From Mustelus asterias (taxonomy: Eukaryota), in the NCBI RefSeq assembly GCF_964213995.1, contig NC_135820.1, forward strand, positions 44,082,001 through 44,146,000: DNA of 64,000 nucleotides. The letters run 5' to 3'. The notes beneath the pieces were generated by a model. That model was not told the DNA's origin. It made no database searches and saw nothing but the letters and a program-made list of their open reading frames with translations. This document shows positions 1 through 13,149 of this stretch, in pieces. Numbering within the stretch: the first letter of the stretch is position 1; every line of letters starts with the position of its first letter. The position numbers and the translations under genes are program-made.

Positions 1-102
1 CCATGGCAGGTCCAGTGTCATATTTAGTTGACGTACAAGGGAAGAGAATGAAGAAGCATGTGGGCCACCTAAGGAGAAGGGAAGCATGCACAGTACAATC
101 AG

Positions 103-1791
103 AATCTCGCCAAGGCCAGTCTTCCGGTATCACACTGCCTTATTTAACACAAAGAAAAGGCCACAGCCGCAGCTTACAGCAACTCAAATCCTGAGCTCTG
201 GACCTGGGGCGGCAAGGTGGCACAGTGGTTAGCACTATTGCTTCACAACGCCAGGAACCTGGGTTTGATTCCTGGTTTGGGTGACTGTGTGGGGTTTGCA
301 CTTTTTCCCCGTGTCTGCGTGGGTTCCCTCCGGGTGCTCCGGTTTCCTCTCAGAGTCTGAAAGGTTAGATGCATTGACCCAAACAGGCGCCGGAGTGTGG
401 CGACTAGGGGAATTTCACTGTAACTTCAATGCCGTGTTAATGTAAGCCTTACCTGTGACGACTAAATAAACTTTAAACTGGTCCAGGCTGGCAGCACAGG
501 TTTTAAGATCCTGCTGCTTGTCTCCCATTGGGTGAGCTCAGTAGGGAAACTCGTACTCAACAAAGCCCATGGGGAGATCTATTGACGATGCCCCATGTCC
601 GTCGTGGCCATTGTAACATCTCTTCCCCCTCAGATTAATAACTCTTCCAGTACCCTCACCGTGAAAGAGTTCTATCCACTGCTTGGCGACCGGCCTAAGG
701 TCGGCTGGGGGTGATGCTGGATCTGGAGACTTGAACCAAATCAGGATCCTTTGTTTCTGGAGAGAGTTCCGAAGCGTCACTGCTGTAGATTCCTCTTTGG
801 GGTTTGTTTCACTTGATCTATCTGCTTCCTCAGCTTCCATCTTGAGTCCGTTTCCTTATCGTCCAGAGGGATGGTTGCTGGATCAGCTTTGAGCTGTTTC
901 CCTGTGCTGGTAGTCCCCTCCACAGCTGGTAATGAGACCTGTTCTAGGACAGCCTCCCTGTTCCTGATGTGGTCCAGATGTTTCCTTAGGACCTTATCCT
1001 AGGACATTATGATTCCAGGGACCCAGCTGGGACCATCCCTGACATTCCTCACGTAAACCTGATCACTCACTCTGAATGTCCTCTCTGTTCTTGCAGAGTT
1101 GTAATTTCTTTTCTGGTCCTCTTGTCTAGACTCCACCCTCCCCACTGTGTTTGGAAATAGTAGGTTTAGTATGGTCGACAATGTCGAAGTCGCTGGAGCG
1201 ACTCCTGTCATTGTATGCAGGGTGGTTCTATAATTCAATTAAAAATGTGCTAATTTGGTCTCTATAGATGCCGCAGGTTATTTCTTCATGCCACTTTTAA
1301 ATGTTTGTACCACCTGTTCTGCTAGCCCATTTGATGACGGGCAATAAGGTGCTGCTTTAATGTTTGAGGCCATTGGAAAGCATGAAGTTTTGGAACTCAC
1401 TACTGGTGAAAGCAATGCCTTTGTTGGTATATTGGGCCCAGTCTTCTCCATTTACGTCATAGAGTTCAGGTTTAGAGAAGAGAGGCATTTTGCTTTCTTA
1501 TCGAGGGGTTGGGGAAATCCTGTCTTTCGTTGCCAATGTAATAATCTCGCTAAGGCCAGTCTTCCAGTATCACACTGCTTTATTTAACACAAAGAAATGG
1601 TTGGGTCCGTAGTTTAGAGCAGTACAAGTCCTAAGTTCCGGACCTATAATGCGCCAGTCCAGGCTGACAGTGTGGGTTTTAAGCTCCCGCTGCTCGTTTC
1701 TCACTGGGCGAACTCAGTAGGGAAACTTGTACTCCACAACGTCCAAAGTGAGATCTATTGATGATGCCCCATATCCTTTGTGGCAATAACA
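103..1791 (-). mobile_element. Internally deleted Gypsy (Mag-like) LTR element with both LTRs
   Basis: Direct repeats 103-618 (SINE-interrupted) and 1537-1791; PBS TGGCAACGA next to 1536; PPT GAGGGGGAAGAGA next to 619; gag start MPLFSKPELYDVNGEDWAQY from 1488; integrase remnants FTSSEFQNF, SNGLAE, NYRTT..TGVAPA, GPSWVPG. Confidence 0.85.
206..478 (+). mobile_element. HE1-like V-SINE, tail type B
   Basis: tRNA-like head GGGCGGCAAGGTGGCACAGTGGTTAGCAC, V-domain GGGTGCTCCGGTTTCCTC, tail GTGGCGACTAGGGG...TAAATAAAC; interrupts the LTR. Confidence 0.9.
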
Positions 1792-3136
1792 AGTACCAAG
1801 TGAGCGGTCTGTCCCTGCTACACCTGCTAGTGTGGTTCCGGCGATTGCAAATGGAACCGAATCCAACACTCCTGAGGAGGGGTCGAGTTACATTCAAGTG
1901 GGAACAAGAGTGGTTATCTTCACTAGAACACCTTCGCAAACTGAAAGTCTTCCTGTTGTTGTTCAAAATAAAACTACCTGAGCTGATGAAGTACCTGCTA
2001 AAGAACTGCGGTACTCTCAAAGAATTAGAAAGTCTCCAGATAGACTTACTTTATGTGTTTAGTTTCCCTCTTTTGATGTATAATATTGTAAATAGTTTTG
2101 TTGTTATTGTAAAATATTAATTATGGACTTAAAGGGAGAATGTGATAGTGTATCCGTTTAAAGGGCGACTAATTGAGGGTCACATTACCCATCAGGCCAA
2201 TCGTGGCAAAGCGCGCAAATTGAGAGCGGGTGTGCAGGCTGTTTGACCGTTGGAGTCCAGGAGTCATGAAGTTTGGAAACATCTCTATCTTGTATATAGT
2301 TATTTCCCCCTAAATAAACCTCTGTTTGTTTATCCGCCTCTTTGTTCAGCAGTTCCTGGCAGTTGTTACAGAAAGAAACATTATTTTACAATTTTAAGTG
2401 CCTGCCCCCTCCCCCCACCCCAATCACTCGAGGAATGCTAGGAGCATTGTCTCTTTAAGCCGGGTGGTGGGAGGCAGGAGTGCTGCTCAGATGGGTTCAT
2501 CGTTTGTGTCGAAACACGTTCATGGAAGGAAATAACAGAACCTCTCCTGACTCTGGACAGTCTACCAGGGTCAGTGACAGAGTTGAATCTTTGAGAGGCA
2601 ACATCATCATTAAGTTTTTGGGCCGGCGTCTTACATTTTAACTCTTGACAGCCTCTGTGAGCCAAGCATGCTCTTGAAGGCTGCCAAAGGTTTCTTACAA
2701 ACACATGGAACTTGTCAGCAGATCTTAACCCTAAATTCCAACAACAGCATCAAGTAAACCAATTGAGATTTCACAAACATTTCATGTAAGAATTCCACTC
2801 ATTAATGTCCAAAATCATACTTATAACAGACTATAATACACTAAACATATACAATCCTATTCTCCAATTTAGGAAGGAATTCTTGATTTTCACAGGATGT
2901 AAAGATGCCAACTCTTGATAAGGACAAGAGGACAGTTGTTGTTAAAGACTTTCCACACGCCACTTTTGTTTGGTAGCTGTAAATGTACAAACAAATAAAT
3001 TATGAATTTTGTTTTGCCAGTAGATGTTCACAGCCAGCAGTGTTAAATTCATACTAAATAAAATAATATATTTATGCTGCTGAATAAAATTAGCAAGTAT
3101 GCTTGGCTCCAAATTGCATTGTTTGCAATTTATTAA

Positions 3137-3306
3137 TCATAGAATCCCGACAGTGCAAAAGGAAGCCATTCGGCCCATTGAGCCAGCACTGACAACAAAC
3201 CCACCTACACCCTATCTCCGTAACCCCACTAATCCCTCTAACCTACGCATCCTGGGACACTAAGGGGCAATTTAGCATGGCCGATGCACCTAATCGGCAC
3301 GTCTTG
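3137..3306 (-). mobile_element. HE1-like SINE 3' half, tail type A (CR1-like)
   Basis: Matches the 3' part of the 5338-5686 copy. Confidence 0.8.
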
Positions 3307-3341
3307 GAAAAAAATCCCAGGCTGACGCATTTCAAACCATG

Positions 3342-3476
3342 GATAAAAGCAAATTACTGCGGATGCTGGAATCTGAAACAAAACAGAAAATGCTGGGAAA
3401 TCTCAGCAGGTCTGACAGCATCTGTGGAGAGAGAATAGGACTGGCATTTCAAGTCTGGATGATTCTTCATCAGAGC
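3342..3476 (-). mobile_element. Penelope-type 3' end (family 2) with hammerhead motif
   Basis: Minus strand CTGATGA-a-gaatc/gactt-GAAA at 3437-3476; body matches copies at 25.5, 32.2 and 59.8 kb. Confidence 0.75.
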
Positions 3477-4330
3477 ATGATAGATTTCATGATAGATTCA
3501 AATGTACCCAATTTTGAAAATGAAAATTGGCATGCCCATTTTCCTACCAGACTTTGCAAATTTACTTCCTGTGAATCTAAAACCTAAAAACAATCAACCC
3601 CTGGGTAACACCTCTGATTGTAAGTGGTCAAACGAGATTTTTAACTCAGCTTGGCAGGAAGTAGATGTCTAAACCATGTTTTAATGGGGCAGATGCATCT
3701 GTGTAGTCTAAGTGGTAGGAGGTATGTGATCCAATTCACATGATACTATAATAATCTACCTTTTTATACATTTATCCCTGCCTATAATCTATAGTGCGCT
3801 TGGCAGCCTGCCATTCCTCCCTTTCCAGACCCTACTATCGCTTCCATACCTTCAGTTACCTCAATCCATTCATCTGGAATTCCCTCCCTGTACCCTTCCA
3901 GCTCCCCATATCTCTCTTGTCCATTGGGCCCAATAGCTTGATAACATCTTTCTTTACTCTGACTCTGCGAAGGCACTGTCTAAAACCAAGTTGTATATTT
4001 TCCACATCTTTCTTCAACGATTAAAAGAATATCTTTATTCCCCTGTTCCACTTTTATGGTCTATCACCAGTAAAGAAACCCACAGTCTGGGGTTTAAGCT
4101 TTGTCGTAATATTTGGCTACACCAGCCTGATTGCAGGCACGTTCCAGCATTTTGTTCAGATGCAGCACTCTTCACAGTCCATCTGGAAGCCCATCTGATA
4201 ACAATTGTCTTGATTGATTGATAGTCTTGCTGAGAGCGGCTGGATATATTCTCTGGTACTTTCACATATTATCCTAATTATTTCAAGAGGTTTTTAAGGT
4301 TTATATCAAGGTTTTAAGGTTTATATTATA

Positions 4331-5231
4331 TAGGTGGCATAGTGGACAGTAAAGAAGGTTAACTAGGATTGCCACGGGATCTTGATCAATTGGGCCAGTG
4401 GAGTGGGCTGACGAATTGCAGATGGGGTTTAATTTAGATAAATGCGAGGTGATGCATTTTGGTAGATCAAACCAGGGCATGACTTATTCAGTTAATGGGA
4501 GGGCGTTGGGGAGAATAATAGTACAAAGAGTTCTAGGGGTACAGATTCATAGCTCCCTAAAAGTGGAGTCACAAGTGGACAGAGTGGTGAAGAAGGCATT
4601 TAGCATGCTTGGTTTCATTGGTCAGAACATTGAGTACAGGAGTTGGGACATCTTGTTGAAGTTGTACAAGACATCGGTAAGGCCACACTTGGAATACTGT
4701 GTACAGTTCTGGTCACCCTATTATAGAAAAGATACTTTTAAACTAGAAAGAGTGCAGAAAAGGTTTACTAGGATGCTACCCAGACTTGATGGTTTGAATT
4801 ATCAGGAGAGGCTGAATAGACTGGGACTTTTTTCTCTGGATCATAGGAGGCTTCGGGGTGATCTTATAGAGGTCTGTAAAATAATGAGGGGCATAGATCA
4901 GTAGATACCTTTTCCCAAAGGTAGGGGAGTCTAAAACTAGAGGGCATAGGTTTAAGGTGAGAGGGGAGAGATACAAAAGGGTCCAGAGGGGCAATTCTTT
5001 CACACAGAGGGTGGTGAGTGTCTGGAATGAGCTGCCAGAGGTAGAAGTAGAGGTGGGTACAATTTTATCTTTTAAAAAAGTGTTTAGACAGTTACATGGG
5101 TAAGATGGATATAGAGGGATATGTGCCAAACACGAGCAATTGGGACTAGCTTAGTGGTTAAAAAAGGGGCAGCATGGACAAGTTGGGCCGAAGGGCCTAT
5201 TTTCATGCTGTAAACCTCTGACTCTATGACT
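4331..5231 (+). mobile_element. CR1 (HER1-like) LINE, 5'-truncated
   Basis: ORF2 C-terminus KCEVMHFGRSN...VRPHLEYCVQFWSPYY...; microsatellite-like tail. Confidence 0.92.
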
Positions 5232-5337
5232 CTGTGACCTCACTGCCGGCTCAATATGTCTTCATTTCTCACACTAACCATCCACCTTATGGTACTGCTG
5301 ACTGTGATCATGAATCGGTGTTGATGTCTGAAGTTTT

Positions 5338-5686
5338 CATAGAATCATAGAAACCCAACAGTACAGAAAGAGGCCATTCGGCCCATCGAGTCTGCACCGA
5401 CCACAATCCCACCCAAGCCTTATCCCCGTATCCCTACGTATTTTACTCACTAATCCCTCTAATCTACGCATCCCAGGACACTAAGGGGCAATTTTTCAGC
5501 ATGGCCAATCAACCTAACCCGCACATCTTTGGACTGTGGGATGAAACCGGAGCACCCGGAGGAAACCCACGCAGACACGAGGAGAATGTGCAAACTCCAC
5601 ACAGACAGTGACCCAAGCTGGGAATCGAACCCAGGTCCCTGGAGCTGTGAAGCAGCAGTGCTAACCACTGTGCTACCGTGCCGCCC
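5338..5686 (-). mobile_element. HE1-like V-SINE, full length, tail type A
   Basis: Head, V-domain and (TTCTATGA)n tail present. Confidence 0.93.
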
Positions 5687-6100
5687 TTTTGTGCTGGGTG
5701 GCTGCATTGATTAGGAGTTATGTTGAGGTACTGATCAAACTTATTTCACATCTAATCCCCTCACAATCAGCAATGAAAGAATATTGCTGTCCCGCCTGTC
5801 CTGACTGAATGTGAACCCAAACTTTTGATATCAAAAACCTCATGTGTGAACCAATCTCCCATCAGTGCAGTTTTAAATTCAGGTAATGCTAGTTGTCTTC
5901 GATAGTTTCAGATCAACTTAGTACCATTGCCTCTGATGATTTTTGAGAGTTGCTGGGCAGTTTAATTTAACGACATAAAGAATGTATGTACATATAATGG
6001 AGACTCACTAATAAACTGATAGGTCATTCACAGATTGCCCTTTATTTCTTTTTGATTATTTCATGTGCTGTGGGTGCCGCTGGCTAGGCCAGCATTTATT

Positions 6101-6858
6101 AGAAACATAGAAACATAGAAAACTACAGCACAAAACAGGCCCTTTGGCCCCACAAGTTGTGCCGAACATATCCCTACCTTTTAGGCCTACCCATAACCCT
6201 CCATCTTATTAAGTCCCATGTACTCATCCAGGAGTCTCTTAAAAGACCCTATTGAGTTTGCCTCCACTACCACTGACGGCAGCCGATTCCACTAGCCCAC
6301 CACCCTCTGTGTGAAAAACTTCCCCCTAACATTTCCCCTGTACCTACACCCCAGCACCTTAAACCTGTGTCCTCTTGTAGCAGCCATTTCCACCCTGGGA
6401 AAAAGTCTCTGAGAGTCCACCCGATCTATGCCTCTCAACATCTTATATACCTCTATTAGGTCTCCTCTCATCCTACGTCTCTCCAAGGAGAAAAGACCGA
6501 GCTCCCTCAGCCTATCCTCATAAGGCATGCCACTCAATCCAGGCAACATTCTTGTAAATCTCCTCTGTACCCTTGCAATCTTTTCCACATCCTTCCTGTA
6601 ATGAGGCAACCAGAACTGAGCACAGTACTCCAAGTGGGGTCTGACGAGGGTCTTATATAGCTGCATCATTATCCCCGGACTCCTAATCTCAATCCCTCGA
6701 TTGATAAAGGCCAGCACACCATACGCCTTCTTAACCACCTCCTCCACCTGCAGGGCCGATTTTAGAGTCCTATGGACCCGGACCCCAAGGTCCTTCTGAT
6801 CCTCCACAGTACTAAGAGTCTTATATTGTACTCCTTCATCCCATTTGACCTGCCAAAA
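6101..6858 (-). mobile_element. CR1 LINE 3' fragment nested in an older LINE tail
   Basis: ORF 6292-6807 LVRPHLEYCAQFW; (TTTCTATG)n tail; TTATT at both ends (6096-6100, 6859-6863). Confidence 0.9.
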
Positions 6859-7599
6859 TTATTGTCTATTCTTAATTGCCCTTGAGAAGGTGGTAGTGCG
6901 CTGCCTTCTTGAACTGCTGCAGTCTATGTGGTGCAGCGATATAACACTCATTGTGCTGTTAGAGAGGGAGTTCCAGGATTTTGACCCAGCGACAGTGAAG
7001 GAACAGCAATATAGTTTCAAATCAGGATGTGAAAGGAAGGACGTGGGGAGCAAGTGTGGGCCCACAGTTTTACTGTGAAGCCAGAAGGAGATCTTTCTTT
7101 CAAATCATTCATGGGATGTAGGCACGGTGGCAAGGCCAGCATTTATTGCTCATTCCTAAATGCCCTTGAAAAGGTGGCGGAGAGGGACCTTTTTAACAAC
7201 TGGGAGGCTTGTTGTAGGCTATTTCAAAGGCCAGACAAGGTAAGGACAGGTTTCCAAATAGGTTTGATTACAACAATTCAGTGGTTTCATGGTGGCCATT
7301 ACAGGTTGCGATTTCTTTCATTCACTGAATTTAAATATTCCAGTTGCTGAGGTGGGAATTAAACCCATGTGTTTGGATCATTGGTCCAGGCAATGTCCAG
7401 TGGCTTCATCAAAGACCACTGTTTGACCATTGTAAAGCCAAAGAAATCTGAATAGTGCGCAATCCCTGTTTTTGCTGCATTTCGCTTTTAGGGTGCTTAA
7501 ACAGGGATTCGGCCCCTGATTAGCATACCCAAGAAGCCTAAAGCACTGGAAACTTAGTCACCATCTGCTAATTTGGCAGCTGGCACAAATTCAGAGGAA

Positions 7600-7791
7600 T
7601 CAAGTGCAACAGATCACACCCAGAAATTTGTCCCCATAACTACTGTTCTTTTGCTTAGATGTTGGACATGACGAGAGCCAACTTTCACAAGCCACTTCCT
7701 CCCAGATAGTTACTGCCCAGAACAACCAACTAGGTTCAAGCGTGATGTTGGCAATTCTAGCTCTAACTAGATCAGCGTCATCACTGTACAC
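7600..7791 (-). CDS. Weak candidate exon (VYSDDADLVRARIANITLEPS...)
   Basis: Acceptor ctgttctcaaatattag, open phase-0 frame, unique sequence; no convincing donor. Confidence 0.15.
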   Translation of the reverse strand: MYSDDADLVRARIANITLEPSWLFWAVTIWEEVACESWLSSCPTSKQKNSSYGDKFLGVICCT

Positions 7792-8149
7792 CTAATATTT
7801 GAGAACAGAGCAGCAGAAAACTATGCCTGTTCAGTATCAGATAGAAACAGTAACTCTATAACTTGTGTAACATCCATTATTGCATAGTGTCCAAATGTAC
7901 TTCCTGTACAACCCATTTATGATATTTATGTAACCACAGCCAGTTTTAGTACATACTTTACAGTATCTTAGCAATGATGTAGGACTCAAAGAGAGAAATA
8001 AGTTCTGTTGAAACAATATGTAACTTTCCTCGTTCCTCCCAGCTGCTTCTCTTTTCTCCCCTCCACCCCCACCTCCAACAACTAGTGTTTCAGACAATCT
8101 GATCAGCTGCCTCTGCCACAACCCTCCCTTCCACTAGCTCCGCTGGCCA

Positions 8150-8905
8150 AACTTGCTTTAATGTTTCAATGCACCCCCTGCCCTAGCTCTGAACCCCCAG
8201 CTTCCTCTAGGTTCTCTTATATTTCCTCTCATTTGAGCTCATCTTGTCTATGAGACCCATCTCTTGTTCCCTCACTCCTACTCCCACTAAACTGCTGAAC
8301 ACATAACTTCCCCTACTGGTCCCCATGTTAGGTGGTATTGTGAACGGTTTTCTCTCTCTCTTCAGGTGTTGCCCCTCTTTCCTTTAAATCTGCTGTCTTC
8401 ATTCTTCTCCTCAGAAACCCCACCTTTGACCCCCACCGTCCTTGCATCTCATCCTCAATCTCACTTTCATCTTCAAAATCCTCAAATCTGTTGCCACATT
8501 CCAAATCTTCACCAGGACTCCATGTTTGAATCCCTCTAACCGGGTTTTCTGCCCGCCTCAATACCAATGTGACTATGACAAAAATAACCTTTGCCTTCTC
8601 GTCCTTCTTGACCTGTCTACACCCTTTGACATGGTTGACCACACCATCCTCCGCACTTGTTGAACAGCTGGGTGGACTGCTCTTGCCTAGTTCCATTCTT
8701 ATCTATCCAATCATAACCAGAGTATCACTTGCAATGAATTCTTTCCCTGCTCCCACACGGTTAACTGTGACGTCCTCCAAAGCACCGTCCTTGGCCTCCT
8801 CCTATTTCTCATCTACACTTCAGGCTGCGAATGTGTTTCTTAAATCAAATAGCATTTTTTAAAAATACATGCTTCCCCTAGGCAGCATCATCTGAATTAG
8901 TCAGT
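8150..8905 (+). mobile_element. Degraded L2 LINE ORF2 fragment
   Basis: RT motif LLVLLDLSTPFDMVDHTIL. Confidence 0.75.
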
Positions 8906-9668
8906 TTTTAACATTGTTGTGGTCAAGACAAAAAGCAAAGAACAATACAGCACAGGAACAGGCCCTTCAGCCCTCCAAGCCTGCACCGATCATGTGTTCC
9001 TAACTAGACCATCCGTTTGTATAAGACGTGGAAGATTTTTTAAAATGTAGATATATTCATCAGCTGAACTATTTCATAAAGTCAGTTTTTCCCTCTGCTG
9101 TTAAAAATTGAAAGTTGCTGAGCTAATAACATGTCTTCAGCTGAGCAAGAGGACAGGAAGTCTGGTCCGGCTCACTCTGAACAAAGGAAAATCTTTGCAG
9201 GTCTTAATCTCCTATAATGGTTTGCTAATGGCCGAAGCTTTAGTAGTCCTAACACAACGGTTTAGACAAAGAGGGCAGCAGTTAGTTAACTGAACACTAG
9301 TTTCTCCAAAAACAAAAGGAATCCTGACTCCAATTAAACCTCAAGATTCCAGTCAACCTGTGCCCAACATTGAGGAGAGGTCACATGACCTCTCCCACGT
9401 TGTACTGTGATATCATATGTTGGAACTGATACCAGTAGTCACTGTCCAATCTCTCAACGTAAACAGAACTCCAGGCAGCAGCCTGTGCAGCCTGCCATCA
9501 AGCCGGTGGCATTAGAAAGAACTTGGAACCTCATCAAACCTGCCAATAGCTGGAACCTTGGAACTCGTACCGCCTGGCTAACTCATTCTGTGTGCTTTCT
9601 CCTGTTGTGCAAGCCACACTCTGAAAAGAAGGAGCATTCTGCAATCAGTCAACCTCCCCTTGGAAGGA

Positions 9669-9980
9669 ACATAGAATCCCTACAGTGCAGGAGGAGGCCA
9701 TTTGACCCATAGAGTCTGCACCGACCACAATCTCACCCAGGCCCTATCCCCGTAACCCCACATATTTACCCTGCTAATCTCTCTAACCTACGCATCCCTG
9801 GACACTAAGGGGCAATTTAGCATGGCCAATCCACCTAACCTGCACATCTTTGGACTGTGGGAGGAAACCTGAGTACCCGGAGGAAGCCCATACAGACACG
9901 GAGGGAATGTGCAAACTCCACACAGACAGTGAACCAAGCCGGGAATCAAACCCAGGTCCCAGTGCTAACCACCGTGCTGC
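9669..9980 (-). mobile_element. HE1-like V-SINE, tail type A
   Basis: Similarity to the other copies. Confidence 0.9.
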
Positions 9981-10038
9981 ACATTCCAGTTGACTTCTGG
10001 ACTCTGGACACTTGTAAAACCCATACTTGTATTTTATT

Positions 10039-10123
10039 GTAAGAAGTCTCACAACAACAGGTTAAAGTTCAACAGATTTATTTGGAATGACGAGCTTCCA
10101 GAGTGCTGCTCCTTCGTCACCTA
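10039..10123 (-). mobile_element. Penelope family-1 3' end fragment with degenerate hammerhead
   Basis: Minus strand TGACGAAGGAGCAGCACTCTGGAAGCTC...AATAAATCTGTTGAACTTTAACC matches 45753-45842. Confidence 0.75.
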
Positions 10124-10124
10124 C

Positions 10125-10548
10125 TGTTCAAGCAATGTATCGATTTAAAAATTCTCATCCTTGTTTTCAAATCCTTTCATGACCTTGCCCCTTCATATCG
10201 CTGTAATCTCTACCAATCCCCACAACACCCCAAAATATCTGTGCCCCTGTAATTCTGGCCACTTGGGCACCCCCAATTTTAATCGCTCCACCACTGATGT
10301 CATGTCTTCATTGGCTAAGCCCCAAACTCTGGAGTACCCTCCCTTTAAGTCTACAACTCTCCACCTTGTTTTTTCCTTTAAGACATGCTTTGAAACATTT
10401 CTCTTTGACCAAACTTTGGTCGTCTTACCTAATATCTCCTCGTTTGGCTTGGTGTCATACTTTGATTTATAATGGTCCGTGAAGTACCTTGAAGAAGTTT
10501 CCATATGTTAAAAGGTGTTATCTATAAATAAATATAAGTGATTGTTGT
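10125..10548 (+). mobile_element. L2 LINE 3' end
   Basis: FKILIL-type C-terminal remnant and ...ATAAGTGATTGTTG tail; related to copies at 23.4-24.4 and 52-53 kb. Confidence 0.7.
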
Positions 10549-11340
10549 CCTCATAATATCATACAACATCAACTGAGGAAACCCTGATTCATTCAGTTAT
10601 CAAAGAACATTTTATGGGAGGGATTGCTTCCCTCCTCCCATTAGAAAAGTCAGTGCCAAATTGACCAACTTTTAAAAAGGCTGCCCCGCAGTGATATTAC
10701 TCTGCAGGATACCTTAACAAGCTCAGTGTGAGACTTCCACCCCTGAGGGAAGGAAGTCCTTGGGAAGCCCTTGGGAATTGTCAGCCAATCTGACAAAGAG
10801 AGCAATGGATCCCAGACTTCAGTTGCCCAGGATTTTTGGCTGGGAGAGAACAGGCACCACTGGGATGGAGGGAAGGTGACGGGGGTCATTTTGAAGGCTT
10901 GGGGGGTGGGGGATGCACAAAGGGTGCAAAGGGAATTCCCCCAACGGAGGTTGCCTCCCCCATTCCTCTTGAATTTCGCCGGAGTTGGTGAAAAAGTGGC
11001 CTGCCCACTCTTGCTTGCCTATCGCCATCAATTGCATTATGGCTTGGGCAGTGTAATATTTGGGTCAATTAGCTTGTTGAGATGCTCGATTGTCTGCTAT
11101 TGAGTTTTTTTTTAAATGGTAGGTAGACTGCCAAATTTAGAATCCACCCAGCTACTGTATTATGGGAAACTGGCTTGTTGATGTCAGGTTTGTGAGCCAA
11201 CATTGTCACGCCAGATTTGACGCACGTGTGAGACAGCAGCAACCCTGATTTCCACATATAAAATGCTGGCCTCTGAGTGGTAAACTATAGGGTAGGCTCA
11301 TAATGTTATGGAACTAGCCTCACACATGTTGGCTTTGCTT

Positions 11341-11655
11341 AGTTTAGTTTTAGTTTATTTATTAGTGTCACAAGCAGGCTTACATTAACACTGCAATGAA
11401 GTTACTGTGTTGAAGTAACTAGTCACCACACTCCGGCGCCTGTTCGGGTACGCTGAGGAAGAGTTTAGCATGGCCAATGCACCTAATCAGCCCGTCTTTC
11501 GGACTGTGGGAGGAAACCGGAGCATGCAGGGGAAGGCCACTCAGAGACAGGGAGAAGGTGCAGATCCGCACAGATAGTGACCTGAGCCAGGAATCAAACA
11601 TGGGTCCCTGGCTCTGTGAGGGAGCAGTGCTAACCACTGCGCCACCGTGCCGCCC
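11341..11655 (-). mobile_element. HE1-like V-SINE, tail type B
   Basis: Head, V-domain and tail ...CTTGTGACACTAATAATAAA. Confidence 0.9.
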
Positions 11656-12522
11656 ACTACAGTCTACATTTATATCATCATACTAACTTTAACATTTCTT
11701 TTTGCTTTTGGAGAGACATTTGCACAATGATAAAATTGATTAAGCTTTCTGTTTAATCTCTCCACTCTGATTAGACCGGTTTTGCATCTGCCGATTGCAA
11801 CATATTGCACTCAAATGTTAACTTCCTGTTCTTCCACATTAGGACAGTTGCTACATCACTTGGAGCTTGCTTTTTGGTTGGGTAGCTCTGGGGCCCAGCT
11901 TTAGAGGAACAGGAGACTGTCATAGGGAGTGCTGCATCATGCTACGCTGTGTACAATACGGGTCGAATTACTGGAACTTCTGGGAAGCGGCACTTATTCC
12001 AGGAAAGGTCATTAAAGTTCAGTAAACAGTACACCCGTTGCAGAACAGCACCTGAGACTTCACTGCAAACAAAAAGGGAATCATTGACAGTTCTTTAGCG
12101 CATTGCTGTGTAAGCAAGAAATCTCACTGCATTCGGCTTGAAGCTGGAGGAAGGGAAAAATACTTGGCTTTCACAGGAATACTTAACAAAAGTTTTCACT
12201 GTTCAAAAAAGGAATGATGGTTTTCATATCCTAATGTTTATTTTCAGCTCAGCCTTAACATCTGCTATCATTTTACATGAGCTACGCTCAATTTTTTTAA
12301 CAAGTGAAAATCTCTTGGAGACCCGGGGATTTGATTTTTGACTTTTTGACAATTATAAAGCTCTCTGTCTGATTGCCTTTTCCCACAAAAAAGAGGCACC
12401 TGTGATTTTAAGGCATTGTTGGTCTAGTTACCATCTGACCGACAAGTTTCCAGATGCCAATGCAACCGACTGAATTGAGAACTCCTAAAATTGGGCTACC
12501 CGTCTGCCTGCAAGGTGAGTGC

Positions 12523-12833
12523 AGGAACTGCAGGTTCGGGCATTTGGTGTATGTGCTTGGCTGAGGAGCCAATGGTGCGAAGCTACCATCCGTGGGATTA
12601 TGACTGAACGCCTCTAAGTCAGAATACCACCTAAAAATAACAATACCCTCGTGCCGCGGATCACTGGTTGGCCTGGGATGGCAGACTCCGGTCGGTGCGG
12701 AGTGCCGCTCGATTCAGGGCTGGAGAGTGGCTGGATGTCTCCTGTTAACACACAAAATGTTCGTTGGGAACATGGTGCTAAAATATTCATAGACAACCTG
12801 ATTCTGGCTCAGCGTTTCGTACATAGCAGAGCA
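12523..12833 (+). pseudogene. Diverged fragment of the 28S rRNA 3' end
   Basis: CATTTGGTGTATGTGCTTGGCTGAGGAGCCAATGG..GAAGCTACCATC..GGGATTATGACTGAACGCCTCTAAGTCAGAAT and GTTTCGTACATAGCAGAGCA match conserved LSU 3' segments. Confidence 0.9.
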
Positions 12834-13149
12834 AAACTTGATTGTGGTGGCCAGAGATCTTGATTATTTTTGCCACAAAAATGACTCTAAATTTACCATT
12901 GCTGGATCTCTCACGTCCCACGCACATGGCATGTTTTGACCAGTTCTGACCTAAAACTGCAAAGAAGGATCTTATGATCCCTATCTTCTTATCTAAAGAG
13001 GGAAACCTCTTGGTGGGTGCTTTTGTCACCCATGGTAGGCCCCCTTGAAAAATGTTGTCTTCCTCTTCACCAGATTCCTGCCCCTTATTTTGAGACCATG
13101 ATTGCTTCATAAATGCCAGGCACTGCAGTTGAAAATATCATGATATCGT

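Larger units (their letters stand above)
1..2370 (+). mobile_element. 3' end of a Gypsy LTR retrotransposon (post-integrase pol tail, PPT, 3' LTR), split by a nested element at 103-1791
   Basis: GPVSYLVDVQGKRMKKHVGHLR at 3-102; pol C-terminal motif ELRYSQRIRKSPDRL at about 2003-2047; polypurine tract AAAGGGAGAA at 2131-2140; TG...CA LTR at 2141-2370 with AATAAA at 2313. Confidence 0.75.

Noticed and set aside
11940-12062. Strong minus-strand acceptor near 12063
   Set aside because: No good donor and no phase link to the other candidate exons.
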